IMG/VR virus record: IMGVR_UViG_3300029171_000043
Span: 1 to 26,702 of that record
Length of the DNA stretch: 26,702 bases
Reading direction: 5' to 3' (one strand)
Source: a virus
Lineage: Duplodnaviria; Caudoviricetes
The notes under the pieces were generated by a model. The model ran no database searches. It saw nothing but the letters and a program-made list of their open reading frames with translations, and was not told the origin of the DNA. The position numbers were made by a program, and so were the translations under genes. This document shows, in pieces, positions 7,796 to 16,728 of this stretch. Within the stretch, counting starts at the first letter, position 1; each line of letters starts with the position of its first letter.

Positions 7796-9613
7796 TTAAT
7801 ATTTCACTATCATCCAAGCTACAACAGATGTATCACTTGGATCTGGAGAAAGTATGTCAAAACTTGTATTGTTTACAATATTTGCTACATATACTGCTTG
7901 TGCCATTGGAGCACCAGCGAAACTTTGCACAGTTAAAAAAACAATAGAATCACTCGAATGAATTGATGATGTGTTAACTGTTACAGCGCCAGATGACAAT
8001 GTTGCTTTTCCAACAGTTTGGTTGTTTCTCAACATCAAAGTTTCAGCCGCCAATATTGTATTTGTGCTACCAGTCACACCACCAGTAAACTCAACTGTTG
8101 TCAAACTTATACTTGATTTTAAATTTACAGTTGGAGCATTTGGCGTACCACCAGTTGTAATATTTGTGCTTCCTTGGACTCTTGTTGAATACCTATCAAT
8201 AACTGTTGAGAGCGCTGTTGTTCCAGAATATAAAGTACCACCTGAAATTGTAGTCGCAGAAATGCTTGTACCAACCAGTGCGCCAGTAAATGTTGCGCCA
8301 GAAAGATTTGCTTTTGTAGCCAGTTTCCCAGACAAATTAAAAACTGCAGTGTAATCAGCATTTGTTAAGTGATAATATTCAGATGTCGTCCCGCCCTGCA
8401 ATCCCGTTGTATCATTGTGAATAGAAATACCAGCACCAACAAATACTTTATCAAAAGCTGATAAAATTGAAGTTGGTGAAAATGCTCCATTTAAAATAAC
8501 TATTTTTCCAAGAAACACACTACCTTTTTGTAACCTTAACGGCAATGTAGATGGGACTGGTTCAGATTCAGCATCAGATTGTTTGTTATTATTTTGCCTT
8601 CCATATACCAAAACAATTCTTCCATCTGGGCCAAGATATAAAAAGTGTGATACATATTTATTTGCCCCCAAACTAGCAAGCCCAGTAGCTATATCGTTAT
8701 ATTGCGTGTTGTCAAGATCTGTTTGTGATAGTGAGCTAATCCAAGATGAACCATTATAATAATAAGAGTCAAAGGTGTCTGACGCATTTGTGTCTATACC
8801 AAGAAATTCGTCTCGCACAGCACGAAGCCATGTAACACCACTAGATACAGTCAGTTTTAAACCGACAGAGTTTCCTAAAACTAAACCACCAAGTTGGTCC
8901 GCTCTGGATCTTCCCTCCGTCTCATATGCTCTTTGAAGTCCTCTGCCAGCTGCTCTTCCAATTGAGTGAGGAACATCATTTATATAAAGTGTACCACCTT
9001 CGTTCACAACAAATCCAATTGGAAATTCTACTCTATAATCATAAGAGTCTTGTGAGTATAAAACTATTTGTGGGGTACCACCACTATACTGAACAGCTAC
9101 ATATCTAATTGTGTCATTTGGTATTACAACACCACTTCTTGCGGACCAATCAAATGTATACAAAGTACTTGTATCATTTGATGCCGCTCTTATAAAGCCT
9201 TGACCAGCACTTATATCTATATTACCACCTCCTGCATCAGTAATATTTCCTCCATTTAAATGCCCAGAAGATCTTGATAAATCATGAACCTGTTGTAATT
9301 GCGTATATGTCGGACTTCCCAGAGCAGTGATAGAAACTTGTGCTGCAGTATGTGTATGAGCTGTTTGTGAAAATATTTGATTTAGGTTTGTTCTTCCAGA
9401 ATAAATTGTGCCACCGCTTATTGTGCCACCAGAAATTGTAACAGATGTAATATTTGCGAAATTACTCGAACCAGCTGCTACAAATATAGAATATAAATTT
9501 GTGCCACCCGAATATATTGTTCCACCTGAAAGAGATGATGCTGTTAAACTCCCATTAATAGAAGCATTTCCTTCGACAATTAAGCCGTTTTTTACTTTGA
9601 ATTCACTTGCCAT
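7796..9613 (-). CDS. Putative tail-fibre/virion fibre protein, 605 aa
   Basis: G/S/T-rich, with SGGTIYSGxTNL shaft modules and a compact beta-rich C-terminal domain (GKATLSSGAVTV...DTSVVAWMIV). Confidence 0.7.
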   Translation of the reverse strand: MASEFKVKNGLIVEGNASINGSLTASSLSGGTIYSGGTNLYSIFVAAGSSNFANITSVTISGGTISGGTIYSGRTNLNQIFSQTAHTHTAAQVSITALGSPTYTQLQQVHDLSRSSGHLNGGNITDAGGGNIDISAGQGFIRAASNDTSTLYTFDWSARSGVVIPNDTIRYVAVQYSGGTPQIVLYSQDSYDYRVEFPIGFVVNEGGTLYINDVPHSIGRAAGRGLQRAYETEGRSRADQLGGLVLGNSVGLKLTVSSGVTWLRAVRDEFLGIDTNASDTFDSYYYNGSSWISSLSQTDLDNTQYNDIATGLASLGANKYVSHFLYLGPDGRIVLVYGRQNNNKQSDAESEPVPSTLPLRLQKGSVFLGKIVILNGAFSPTSILSAFDKVFVGAGISIHNDTTGLQGGTTSEYYHLTNADYTAVFNLSGKLATKANLSGATFTGALVGTSISATTISGGTLYSGTTALSTVIDRYSTRVQGSTNITTGGTPNAPTVNLKSSISLTTVEFTGGVTGSTNTILAAETLMLRNNQTVGKATLSSGAVTVNTSSIHSSDSIVFLTVQSFAGAPMAQAVYVANIVNNTSFDILSPDPSDTSVVAWMIVKY

Positions 9614-9615
9614 AA

Positions 9616-9637
9616 CAACCTTTCACTTTCCAGGTTA
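9616..9637 (-). promoter_or_regulatory. Small RNA hairpin immediately 5' of the start codon
   Basis: mRNA reads UAACCU-GGAAAGUGAA-AGGUUG-UU-AUG: a 6-bp stem (one U.G pair) with a 10-nt purine-rich loop. Confidence 0.35.
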
Positions 9638-9640
9638 ATA

Positions 9641-9647
9641 ATAAATA
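9641..9647 (-). promoter_or_regulatory. TATTTAT putative late promoter
   Basis: 27 nt before ATG 9613. Confidence 0.6.
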
Positions 9648-9661
9648 TGTGTTAAATTATA

Positions 9662-10282
9662 TTATGTTCTTATTTTTATGCCAATTCCATTGTTATATAA
9701 ACCCAAAATTTCATTTTCACTTAATACTCTATTCCATACAGCTATTTCGTCAACCAACCCATTAATATCATAACCAGCATTATATCCGCCAATTTTATTA
9801 AAATAAAATTGACCAGTAAAACTTTTTACACCAGTAATACTTTCTACGCCATTAACAAATAATTTAATAGTGCCATTATTAAAAACCCAAACATGGTTAT
9901 ACCAAATTCCTGTAGAAAAATTAAAAGAAAAAAACACTTCCTCTGATGGAGAAACACAACTTAAATAACTTTGTGTAGTAGTAATAGCTCCTATATAAGG
10001 TTGTCCCCCTGGAACACCTGTAAGTAAAACAAGTGGAAAAGAGTTTGTGTTAAACCATAAAGAAATAGTATTTTTATCAGATGTAGTTATTGTAATTGTG
10101 GAGATATCTATTTCACTTGTAGCGCCGTTAAAATCAGCGCATTCTTCTACTTTACCATCAACATAATTTATTGAAGTATCAACTCCATCATTTGCACCAA
10201 TAACATCAATTGAACTGCCATTCATTGGCCAATAATTAATCAAACCCCTCTTTAAATATGGACCCCCACTAACTGTGCTCAT
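9662..10282 (-). CDS. LamG / concanavalin-A-like lectin domain protein
   Basis: GLINYWPMNG, TISLWF, WYNHVWVF, KLFVNG, GLVDEIAVWNRVLSENEI. Confidence 0.85.
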   Translation of the reverse strand: MSTVSGGPYLKRGLINYWPMNGSSIDVIGANDGVDTSINYVDGKVEECADFNGATSEIDISTITITTSDKNTISLWFNTNSFPLVLLTGVPGGQPYIGAITTTQSYLSCVSPSEEVFFSFNFSTGIWYNHVWVFNNGTIKLFVNGVESITGVKSFTGQFYFNKIGGYNAGYDINGLVDEIAVWNRVLSENEILGLYNNGIGIKIRT

Positions 10283-10287
10283 AAATT

Positions 10288-11010
10288 TTAATTTTTTCTA
10301 AAACTAAGACCATAACCATTGTTGTAAATACGAACAATTTCACTTTCAGATAATACCCTATCCCAAAGAGCTATGTTATCTATAATATTGTTTGCAGGGA
10401 CTGCCACACTACCATTAATTTTACCAACAACAATAGGCTCAGATGAAATAACCATATTTGGATTAATTGTACCAAGCGACCACACTGTTGAATCCACTCC
10501 ATTTACATATATTTTGGCTCTAGTTATATTTGTTGGTTGCGCACCATCATAAACCAGCGTGATATTATACCATGTATTTAAAGATAAATTTTCATTTGTG
10601 TAAGTTGCATTTCCACCAGCGTCTCCAGTATTTGAAGATGTGATAAAAAAATATAAACCCGTTGATGGTCCTCCCAATAAATATTTTTGAGTTACTGAAA
10701 ATCCGCCAGCAACTAAATAATCCCATTTGCCCAATATTCTCTGTACATCTTGTGCTGTTTTAAAATAAATCCAAAAACTACAAGAAAATCTATCTGCCCC
10801 ACTTAAAAATGGTATATCACTTCCTAGTGTGATATAATCATTTATGTTAGCAGAAAACTCAACAGCTTCGCCTACTTTACCAGAAACATAAGAAATATCT
10901 CCATTTTCAATCCCATCATTTTCTCCTATTAAATCACGAGAGTTTCCATTCATTGGCCAATAACCCAACAAACCAGATGTGAAAATTTTATTTCCTATAA
11001 TACCACTCAT
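10288..11010 (-). CDS. LamG / concanavalin-A-like lectin domain protein (likely start MSGIIG at 11010)
   Basis: GLLGYWPMNG, FSCSFWIY, WYNITLVYDG, KIYVNG, IDNIALWDRVLSESEI. The ATG lies 1 nt after the upstream stop. Confidence 0.85.
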   Translation of the reverse strand: MSGIIGNKIFTSGLLGYWPMNGNSRDLIGENDGIENGDISYVSGKVGEAVEFSANINDYITLGSDIPFLSGADRFSCSFWIYFKTAQDVQRILGKWDYLVAGGFSVTQKYLLGGPSTGLYFFITSSNTGDAGGNATYTNENLSLNTWYNITLVYDGAQPTNITRAKIYVNGVDSTVWSLGTINPNMVISSEPIVVGKINGSVAVPANNIIDNIALWDRVLSESEIVRIYNNGYGLSFRKN

Positions 11011-11011
11011 A

Positions 11012-11749
11012 TTATAAACCAAACCTCCCTTTTATTGCATTAAAATTTCTTAAAATTTCATCTCCATTTAATTCTCTATCATAAAAAGATGTTTGATAAA
11101 TATTTCCAATAAAGTGTGGATTACCAACTATAGACGCATCAGCGCCTATAGTTATTGGTGTTTCAGACAAAGTAAGCCCAGTTGTTGTAAGGCTTGTAAA
11201 TGTAGTTGGTGTTTGTAAATTACCATTAATGTAAATATTATAGTTTAATCCATCCCATTGAAAACATATGTTGGTGATACGATTAAAAAACTCATTAAAA
11301 CGTATATGATTTGATGCAAAATTTGCTGGTGCTTGAAACATGTTTGCAAACATTTCTAAAACACCAGTATTATTATAAAGACCAAAAGTTCTTCCTCCAC
11401 CATAACCAGTAGAAAAAACATTAAATAATATTTGTACTTGTCCTGACCCTGGAGTGGTTGTGTTTTTTAACCAAAAAGAAATTGTGTGTTTATTATCGGT
11501 ATTATTAAACAAAGTTTTTAATCTTGTGTCCAATAACGTGAGATAGTCTGCAAAAATTCCAGTAAAAACGAAATTGCCACCATTACTAGAATCGAAAACT
11601 ACTCCACCTGGATTTATTGTTGCATAGTTATCACCCTTACTGATATCATACCATATATCTCCACTACCTGGATAGCTCTTTGTGTTTCCAACATCAAAAC
11701 ATGCCACAAGACCATTTGTTATTATTTTTGGTGAATAATTAAAGCTCAT
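11012..11749 (-). CDS. LamG / concanavalin-A-like lectin domain protein
   Basis: PKIITNGLVACFDVGNTKSYPGSG, TISFWLK, NIYINGNL, GNIYQTSFYDRELNGDEILRNFNA. Confidence 0.85.
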   Translation of the reverse strand: MSFNYSPKIITNGLVACFDVGNTKSYPGSGDIWYDISKGDNYATINPGGVVFDSSNGGNFVFTGIFADYLTLLDTRLKTLFNNTDNKHTISFWLKNTTTPGSGQVQILFNVFSTGYGGGRTFGLYNNTGVLEMFANMFQAPANFASNHIRFNEFFNRITNICFQWDGLNYNIYINGNLQTPTTFTSLTTTGLTLSETPITIGADASIVGNPHFIGNIYQTSFYDRELNGDEILRNFNAIKGRFGL

Positions 11750-11751
11750 TG

Positions 11752-14226
11752 TTATATACCTCTAATTATAGTTTTTAAAACAAATCCAGTAGTAGAAGCA
11801 GAACACAAAAGAACAGCATAACTACCAACGACATTAGCTGACATAGACACTTGTGTTGTTGTACCTATATCATTTGTTACTGTTTCTGTAAAATTAGCCG
11901 TCACACCACTCCAAACCATCATTAAACTCCCAGCTCTTGCGCCACCAGATTGTAAAACTGTATAATCTACAAAAGCCCCAGTATAAGCACTAGTCGGTAT
12001 GGTATAAATAGAATTAGTTCCAGATGACAAACTTGTCTTTGTAGTTGTATACAATGCTGGTGCTGAATAGTCACCCATTAAAATAGTGCTATCTGAAAAA
12101 GCTTCTAAAACTGGTAATCCAGAAATATCGTTTACAGAAAACAGTGATCCAGATAAGCTATCTGTAACAGAAAACAATTCCCCTTGGGAGCCTTGCACTG
12201 TGAATATTGGCTGAGAAGATCCAGACCCAATTACTGTCAAAACACCTGTACCTTCTTTTGAAATAGTTGCTGTTGTGGCGCTGATTGTGGTTGCAGTTAC
12301 ACGATTTGCTCTTAAGCCTTGATTATAAAGAACTACTGTGTAGTTTGAATCACTCCATATGTCTCCATTAACTGGAGAAGAAACAGTTGAGCCGCTTCTT
12401 AATCTCAGTTGCGAAACTGATGTTGTGGCTGATTGTATTTCTATTCTAGATGTGACAGCACCAACAGTTCCACCAAAAAATGAGTTTTGATAAACATTAA
12501 GATAAGTGGGTTGCATTTGCATTATAGTGGTTCCACCTGCTCTAATATATGTGTTTACTTGAGAGTCTAAAAATGTTGCCGTATTAGATGCGTATAAAGC
12601 AGCTGCTTGATCTGACAACCATATTGTACCATAACCACTTGTGCTTTTTACAGTCATTATACCTGTATCACCAGTAAACATAAATAATCTATTCATGCTT
12701 AAACCAGAGAAATTTAACCTCAGGTGATTTGAATAATTCCAAATATCTCCCACATTTGTTGAAGATGGTTCAGTGGCCCCAGATCTTATTCTAATTGAGG
12801 CTGTATTACCAGACACTGATCTAACATCCAAAAACGCTGTTGGTGTTACAACGTTAGTTCCAGCGCCACTCAAACCTATACCTGTTTTACCATCTGGTCC
12901 AATCGTAAACATAGTGTTGTTTTGATTGTCTGTTACAGATAAATAATGTGTTGTTGTATAAGCAGAGGCTCCTTTTATTAAATAAGCTGTTTTGTTTGCA
13001 GCTCCATCATCTCTTGTTCCGCCAAGTTGTAATGTGTAAGCGCCAGTAGAGCCAGCACCTTGAGTCATAGTTGTATTATTTCCAATGAACACATTACCTA
13101 TGGTTCTGTTTGCGGTACCAAGTTGTAAACTTGCTCCAGCAGGTCTTAAAATGCTTGTTGCTATTTGTAAAACCAAATCTCCACTATTTGTACCTATTCC
13201 ATTTGCAGCATCAATTCCATTTGTAATAAACACACCAGATCCGTTTGAATAAATATTTAATCTTGATGCATTAATCCTAGAATTTGTTGTTGCTGTTACC
13301 CCGCCACTTGTTCCAGAATCACTTGTTGTAATTGAAAAAGCTGAATTAAATCCAGCATCTCTATTTGGTTGGTACACCTCGAATTTTGTCCCACCTGTTT
13401 GTGATGAAATTCTAAACCCAGATGTTGTATTACCAGTGGTACTAGCAACATTATAAGTTAAACCAGTTGAATATGTTATAGCTGACGATGAGTTTCCGAA
13501 AGCAACATAATCTTGTGGTATTATAATATTTCCGCCAAATATGTTGTACAAATTTGTAGAGCCAGAATAAATAGTTCCTGCGCTTAAAGTGGTTGCGCTT
13601 AAATTAGAAAACCTAGATTGACCCACCCATCTAAATATACCCTCTGTGTCAGTTGTTGAATAAGTGATATCTCCATGTACAGCAAGAGTATTTTTTTCTC
13701 TAAAAACTAATTGACTTGCGCTAGTTCTAGAAACATAAGGAACATCTGCGGTTCCAGATAATGTCAAACCATCAAAAGAGGGAGAAGAAACAACAGATAC
13801 AGAAGGATTGTTGGCCGTATTACCAGTGGTAATATTACTTCCTGGTCTTACCCTTGTAAAATCACCAGTAGAAGTAGCTGCAGCATTTGCAATATTTATT
13901 ATAGTGGTACTTAAATTGGTAGCACCAGAATATAAAGTACCACCCGACACAGTTCCACCAGAAAAAGTCGTAGAAGTGGTGACCGCAAAATTACCAGTTC
14001 CAGAAAATGTTAAATTTGTAAAAGAAGGTGATGCTACAGTAGAAACTATTGGTGCAAGAGCTGTCCCACCAGTGGTAATATTTGTACCTGGTTGAACATT
14101 TGTTGTACCGCTTCCTCCACCAGTTCCACCAGATACAAGTTGAAAATTGTAGTTGATCGCACTTAAAACATCGGCGTAGTGGTAACCAGGATTATCACGT
14201 AATTCTATATAAATTATACTTGGCAT
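11752..14226 (-). CDS. Long tail-fibre-like protein, 824 aa
   Basis: Shared shaft modules; GKTGIG...TPTAFLDV beta repeats; two internal R(I/L)RSG.T...(V/N)GDIW repeats; C-terminal LFSVTDSLSGSLFSVNDISGLP and GARAGS...KTIIRGI domains. Confidence 0.75.
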   Translation of the reverse strand: MPSIIYIELRDNPGYHYADVLSAINYNFQLVSGGTGGGSGTTNVQPGTNITTGGTALAPIVSTVASPSFTNLTFSGTGNFAVTTSTTFSGGTVSGGTLYSGATNLSTTIINIANAAATSTGDFTRVRPGSNITTGNTANNPSVSVVSSPSFDGLTLSGTADVPYVSRTSASQLVFREKNTLAVHGDITYSTTDTEGIFRWVGQSRFSNLSATTLSAGTIYSGSTNLYNIFGGNIIIPQDYVAFGNSSSAITYSTGLTYNVASTTGNTTSGFRISSQTGGTKFEVYQPNRDAGFNSAFSITTSDSGTSGGVTATTNSRINASRLNIYSNGSGVFITNGIDAANGIGTNSGDLVLQIATSILRPAGASLQLGTANRTIGNVFIGNNTTMTQGAGSTGAYTLQLGGTRDDGAANKTAYLIKGASAYTTTHYLSVTDNQNNTMFTIGPDGKTGIGLSGAGTNVVTPTAFLDVRSVSGNTASIRIRSGATEPSSTNVGDIWNYSNHLRLNFSGLSMNRLFMFTGDTGIMTVKSTSGYGTIWLSDQAAALYASNTATFLDSQVNTYIRAGGTTIMQMQPTYLNVYQNSFFGGTVGAVTSRIEIQSATTSVSQLRLRSGSTVSSPVNGDIWSDSNYTVVLYNQGLRANRVTATTISATTATISKEGTGVLTVIGSGSSQPIFTVQGSQGELFSVTDSLSGSLFSVNDISGLPVLEAFSDSTILMGDYSAPALYTTTKTSLSSGTNSIYTIPTSAYTGAFVDYTVLQSGGARAGSLMMVWSGVTANFTETVTNDIGTTTQVSMSANVVGSYAVLLCSASTTGFVLKTIIRGI

Positions 14227-14229
14227 TTA

Positions 14230-14538
14230 TTATAATCCTATATAAATATTTTGTTGAAATTCGTTGTCTGGCCTTACATTATATAAATCGGAAACAAAAA
14301 CAACGTTTGTAGATAAATTTCTAACATATAATTGATAAACTCCAACTTCGCTAAATGTCCAATTTGCTGTAAATATACCAGTAGATGCATCCGATAAACT
14401 TATATCTACAGTTGTCGCAGTATAAGTATTACCACTATTAAATAAAGTATATGAAAAAGTAGCCGAAGAAACGGGTTGATTATCGGCGTTTAATGATAAA
14501 ATTTGTTCGTAAATGGTTTGCCCAGTTCTGTAATTCAT
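14230..14538 (-). CDS. Small beta-rich (Ig-like) putative virion protein, 102 aa
   Basis: PVSSATF...TGIFTANWTFSEVGVYQLYV is an Ig-like strand pattern. Confidence 0.65.
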   Translation of the reverse strand: MNYRTGQTIYEQILSLNADNQPVSSATFSYTLFNSGNTYTATTVDISLSDASTGIFTANWTFSEVGVYQLYVRNLSTNVVFVSDLYNVRPDNEFQQNIYIGL

Positions 14539-14556
14539 AACCTAATATCTTTTAAA

Positions 14557-14563
14557 ATAAATA
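14557..14563 (-). promoter_or_regulatory. TATTTAT putative late promoter
   Basis: 18 nt before ATG 14538. Confidence 0.6.
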
Positions 14564-14574
14564 GGTGCGAATTA

Positions 14575-15108
14575 TTATTGCCCAGCCAATATAAGTGCTT
14601 GATTATCTCCTGCAATATTGTTTGTATCGACGACAATTTTACCAATTGTATTTGCCGACATTATTGCTGAATCTTTCGATGTGGTCCAAACCTCTTGAGC
14701 AATTTGAGTTGGTGTTCCCATACTCAAAGTATCAATCAAGTTTGATGTTTGTAAACGTATGGCTACATTATAAGCTCCAACTGTTGGAACAACGGCGTTG
14801 GAACCATCTCTAGTGTATATATTTCCAAGTATAGTTAAAGAGTGATTACCTTCGTATGGTCTTATTTTCCACCCATTTTCTAAGAAAAATGTTGTTCCCA
14901 AAGATAAAGATTCACTAATTGGGTCACCACCAATAGCGGTTAAGGCTGGTAAATATTTGGTATTATCACCTGTGTCACCACTAAAATCTCTTTGATTTGA
15001 CAACCACTCCTTCCAGTCACTATAGATGTCAACTTTCACATCAATAGAGGTTACACCACTATTGACAATGATAAGTTTATTTGGTCCATCGAATGCGACT
15101 TTTGCCAT
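14575..15108 (-). CDS. Putative virion structural protein, 177 aa (IYS..KE(E)W / NGW domain)
   Basis: DIYSDWKEW...KYLPALTAI...FFLENGWKI aligns by eye with the N-terminus of 15166..16668. Confidence 0.7.
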   Translation of the reverse strand: MAKVAFDGPNKLIIVNSGVTSIDVKVDIYSDWKEWLSNQRDFSGDTGDNTKYLPALTAIGGDPISESLSLGTTFFLENGWKIRPYEGNHSLTILGNIYTRDGSNAVVPTVGAYNVAIRLQTSNLIDTLSMGTPTQIAQEVWTTSKDSAIMSANTIGKIVVDTNNIAGDNQALILAGQ

Positions 15109-15144
15109 CTTGATAAGTTCATTTTAATAAAATATAAAGATTTT

Positions 15145-15151
15145 ATAAATA
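15145..15151 (-). promoter_or_regulatory. TATTTAT putative late promoter
   Basis: 36 nt before ATG 15108. Confidence 0.55.
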
Positions 15152-15165
15152 AAATCAAGGTTTTA

Positions 15166-16668
15166 TTAAGGGTTGGAATAGTTACGCTCAAGAGACGATA
15201 CGAGAGAGAACGAGTTTGCGTTTGATCTCGATATTGTTCCAGTGGTAGATACATACTGACCAGTAGACAATCCTAAGGCTACAATTGTTACATCCGCATC
15301 TGTTCCAGGTGTTCTACCACCCTGAGCATTTCCATCATAGTCAAAGTCAAAGTTCACAAATGTAACACCGCTACATGTTCCAGTAAGCGGTACACCAGCA
15401 TTATTGTTTACAAGTATAGCGCTTGATGTACCAAAGTTACCTCCAGGATTTGTTGTAAAGTAAACTTTATAAATAGCCGCACTATCATTTGTTAAATTTT
15501 CATTAAACGAAATTGTACCAGCCGCCACAAACGGGAATGTTCTACTTACACTTGTAGTTCCTGTTAAATCATAAAACTCATAAGAGTTGGTATCTACCGT
15601 GGCAAAATTATCAACATATACGCCTGGCTCAGTAACCAATGTATCTCCGACGAAATTCATTAAAGCATCTGCTGTCTTACCACTTACGTTTCCATAAGGA
15701 GGCCCAAGCAAAGCGGAGTTTATATTTCCAGGTTTACGAAGTTGTCTTTGTGCAAATTCATAAACTTGTGTTTTGGTACCAGTATTACCACTTAAAATTT
15801 TGTTAAAAGCATAATATGTTCCACCAATACTTCTTTCTCCTGTATATGCTGACCATGCAGAAGACTGCAATGCTCTTGATGCTCCGCCAGAAGTGTGAGC
15901 AGATGTAGCTAGATACCATCTTCCATCAGCAGAATCTTTTACAACATGGTATAAACCATAAACTTGTGATGCGGCCCAAGTTGTATATCCACTACCAACC
16001 AAATAACTAAGCGACATACCAGTGTATGGGTGATCACTATCTACATCTTCGTCTGTTGCTGAAATTTTTAAGTCAGTTGAGTTACCAAGTGGAAATGAAT
16101 AAACTTGATATGTAACAGTATTTTGACCAATATCGGATAATTGTGATTGATCATAAAGATTTTGATACTCCCTCACAAATATCTTAAAGAAATTTCTGTA
16201 GTTTGTAATTGTTGTTCCTGAATTATAGATCTGAACAGCCTGGTTTACCGCACCAGTCAATACCACATTTGTAGACCCTGATGTTGCTGCTTGCTGATAA
16301 TAAACCTGGCTACCATCAACAATGGAACCCAAAGTGATAACACCCATGTATTCTTCAATAGAGTTGTTTGAAGCATCTTTATATGCCCAACCACCATCTC
16401 TTACAAGTTGTTTTGTTGTACCGCCAGAAAAGTTCCAACCATTTACAAAGTCAAATTTTTGCTCCGTAATAGAAATCAAAGGAAATGGAAATTTGATTAA
16501 AGTTGGGTCATTTTTCCACTCTTCTTTTGCAAATGAATAAATAGCCTGCATGGTTACACCATCATCGCTTAAGTTTCCAGTTTTTGATAATAATACTAAT
16601 TTGTTTGTGGTGTTAAATGTTATTTCTACACCTTGATTTAATGAATCTGGATCCGTTATCTTAGCCAT
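15166..16668 (-). CDS. Putative virion structural protein, 500 aa, with internal CBM5/12-like motif; ends ERNYSNP
   Basis: Long intact ORF containing AIYSFAKEEW...NGW and WAASQVY...V...DGRWYLATSAHTS. Confidence 0.7.
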   Translation of the reverse strand: MAKITDPDSLNQGVEITFNTTNKLVLLSKTGNLSDDGVTMQAIYSFAKEEWKNDPTLIKFPFPLISITEQKFDFVNGWNFSGGTTKQLVRDGGWAYKDASNNSIEEYMGVITLGSIVDGSQVYYQQAATSGSTNVVLTGAVNQAVQIYNSGTTITNYRNFFKIFVREYQNLYDQSQLSDIGQNTVTYQVYSFPLGNSTDLKISATDEDVDSDHPYTGMSLSYLVGSGYTTWAASQVYGLYHVVKDSADGRWYLATSAHTSGGASRALQSSAWSAYTGERSIGGTYYAFNKILSGNTGTKTQVYEFAQRQLRKPGNINSALLGPPYGNVSGKTADALMNFVGDTLVTEPGVYVDNFATVDTNSYEFYDLTGTTSVSRTFPFVAAGTISFNENLTNDSAAIYKVYFTTNPGGNFGTSSAILVNNNAGVPLTGTCSGVTFVNFDFDYDGNAQGGRTPGTDADVTIVALGLSTGQYVSTTGTISRSNANSFSLVSSLERNYSNP

Positions 16669-16702
16669 ATTTTTTTATTGTTTTGCGTTTGTAATAGTAA
16701 TA

Positions 16703-16709
16703 ATAAATA
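16703..16709 (-). promoter_or_regulatory. TATTTAT putative late promoter
   Basis: 34 nt before ATG 16668. Confidence 0.6.
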
Positions 16710-16728
16710 GATAGTTTTTTAGAATTTT

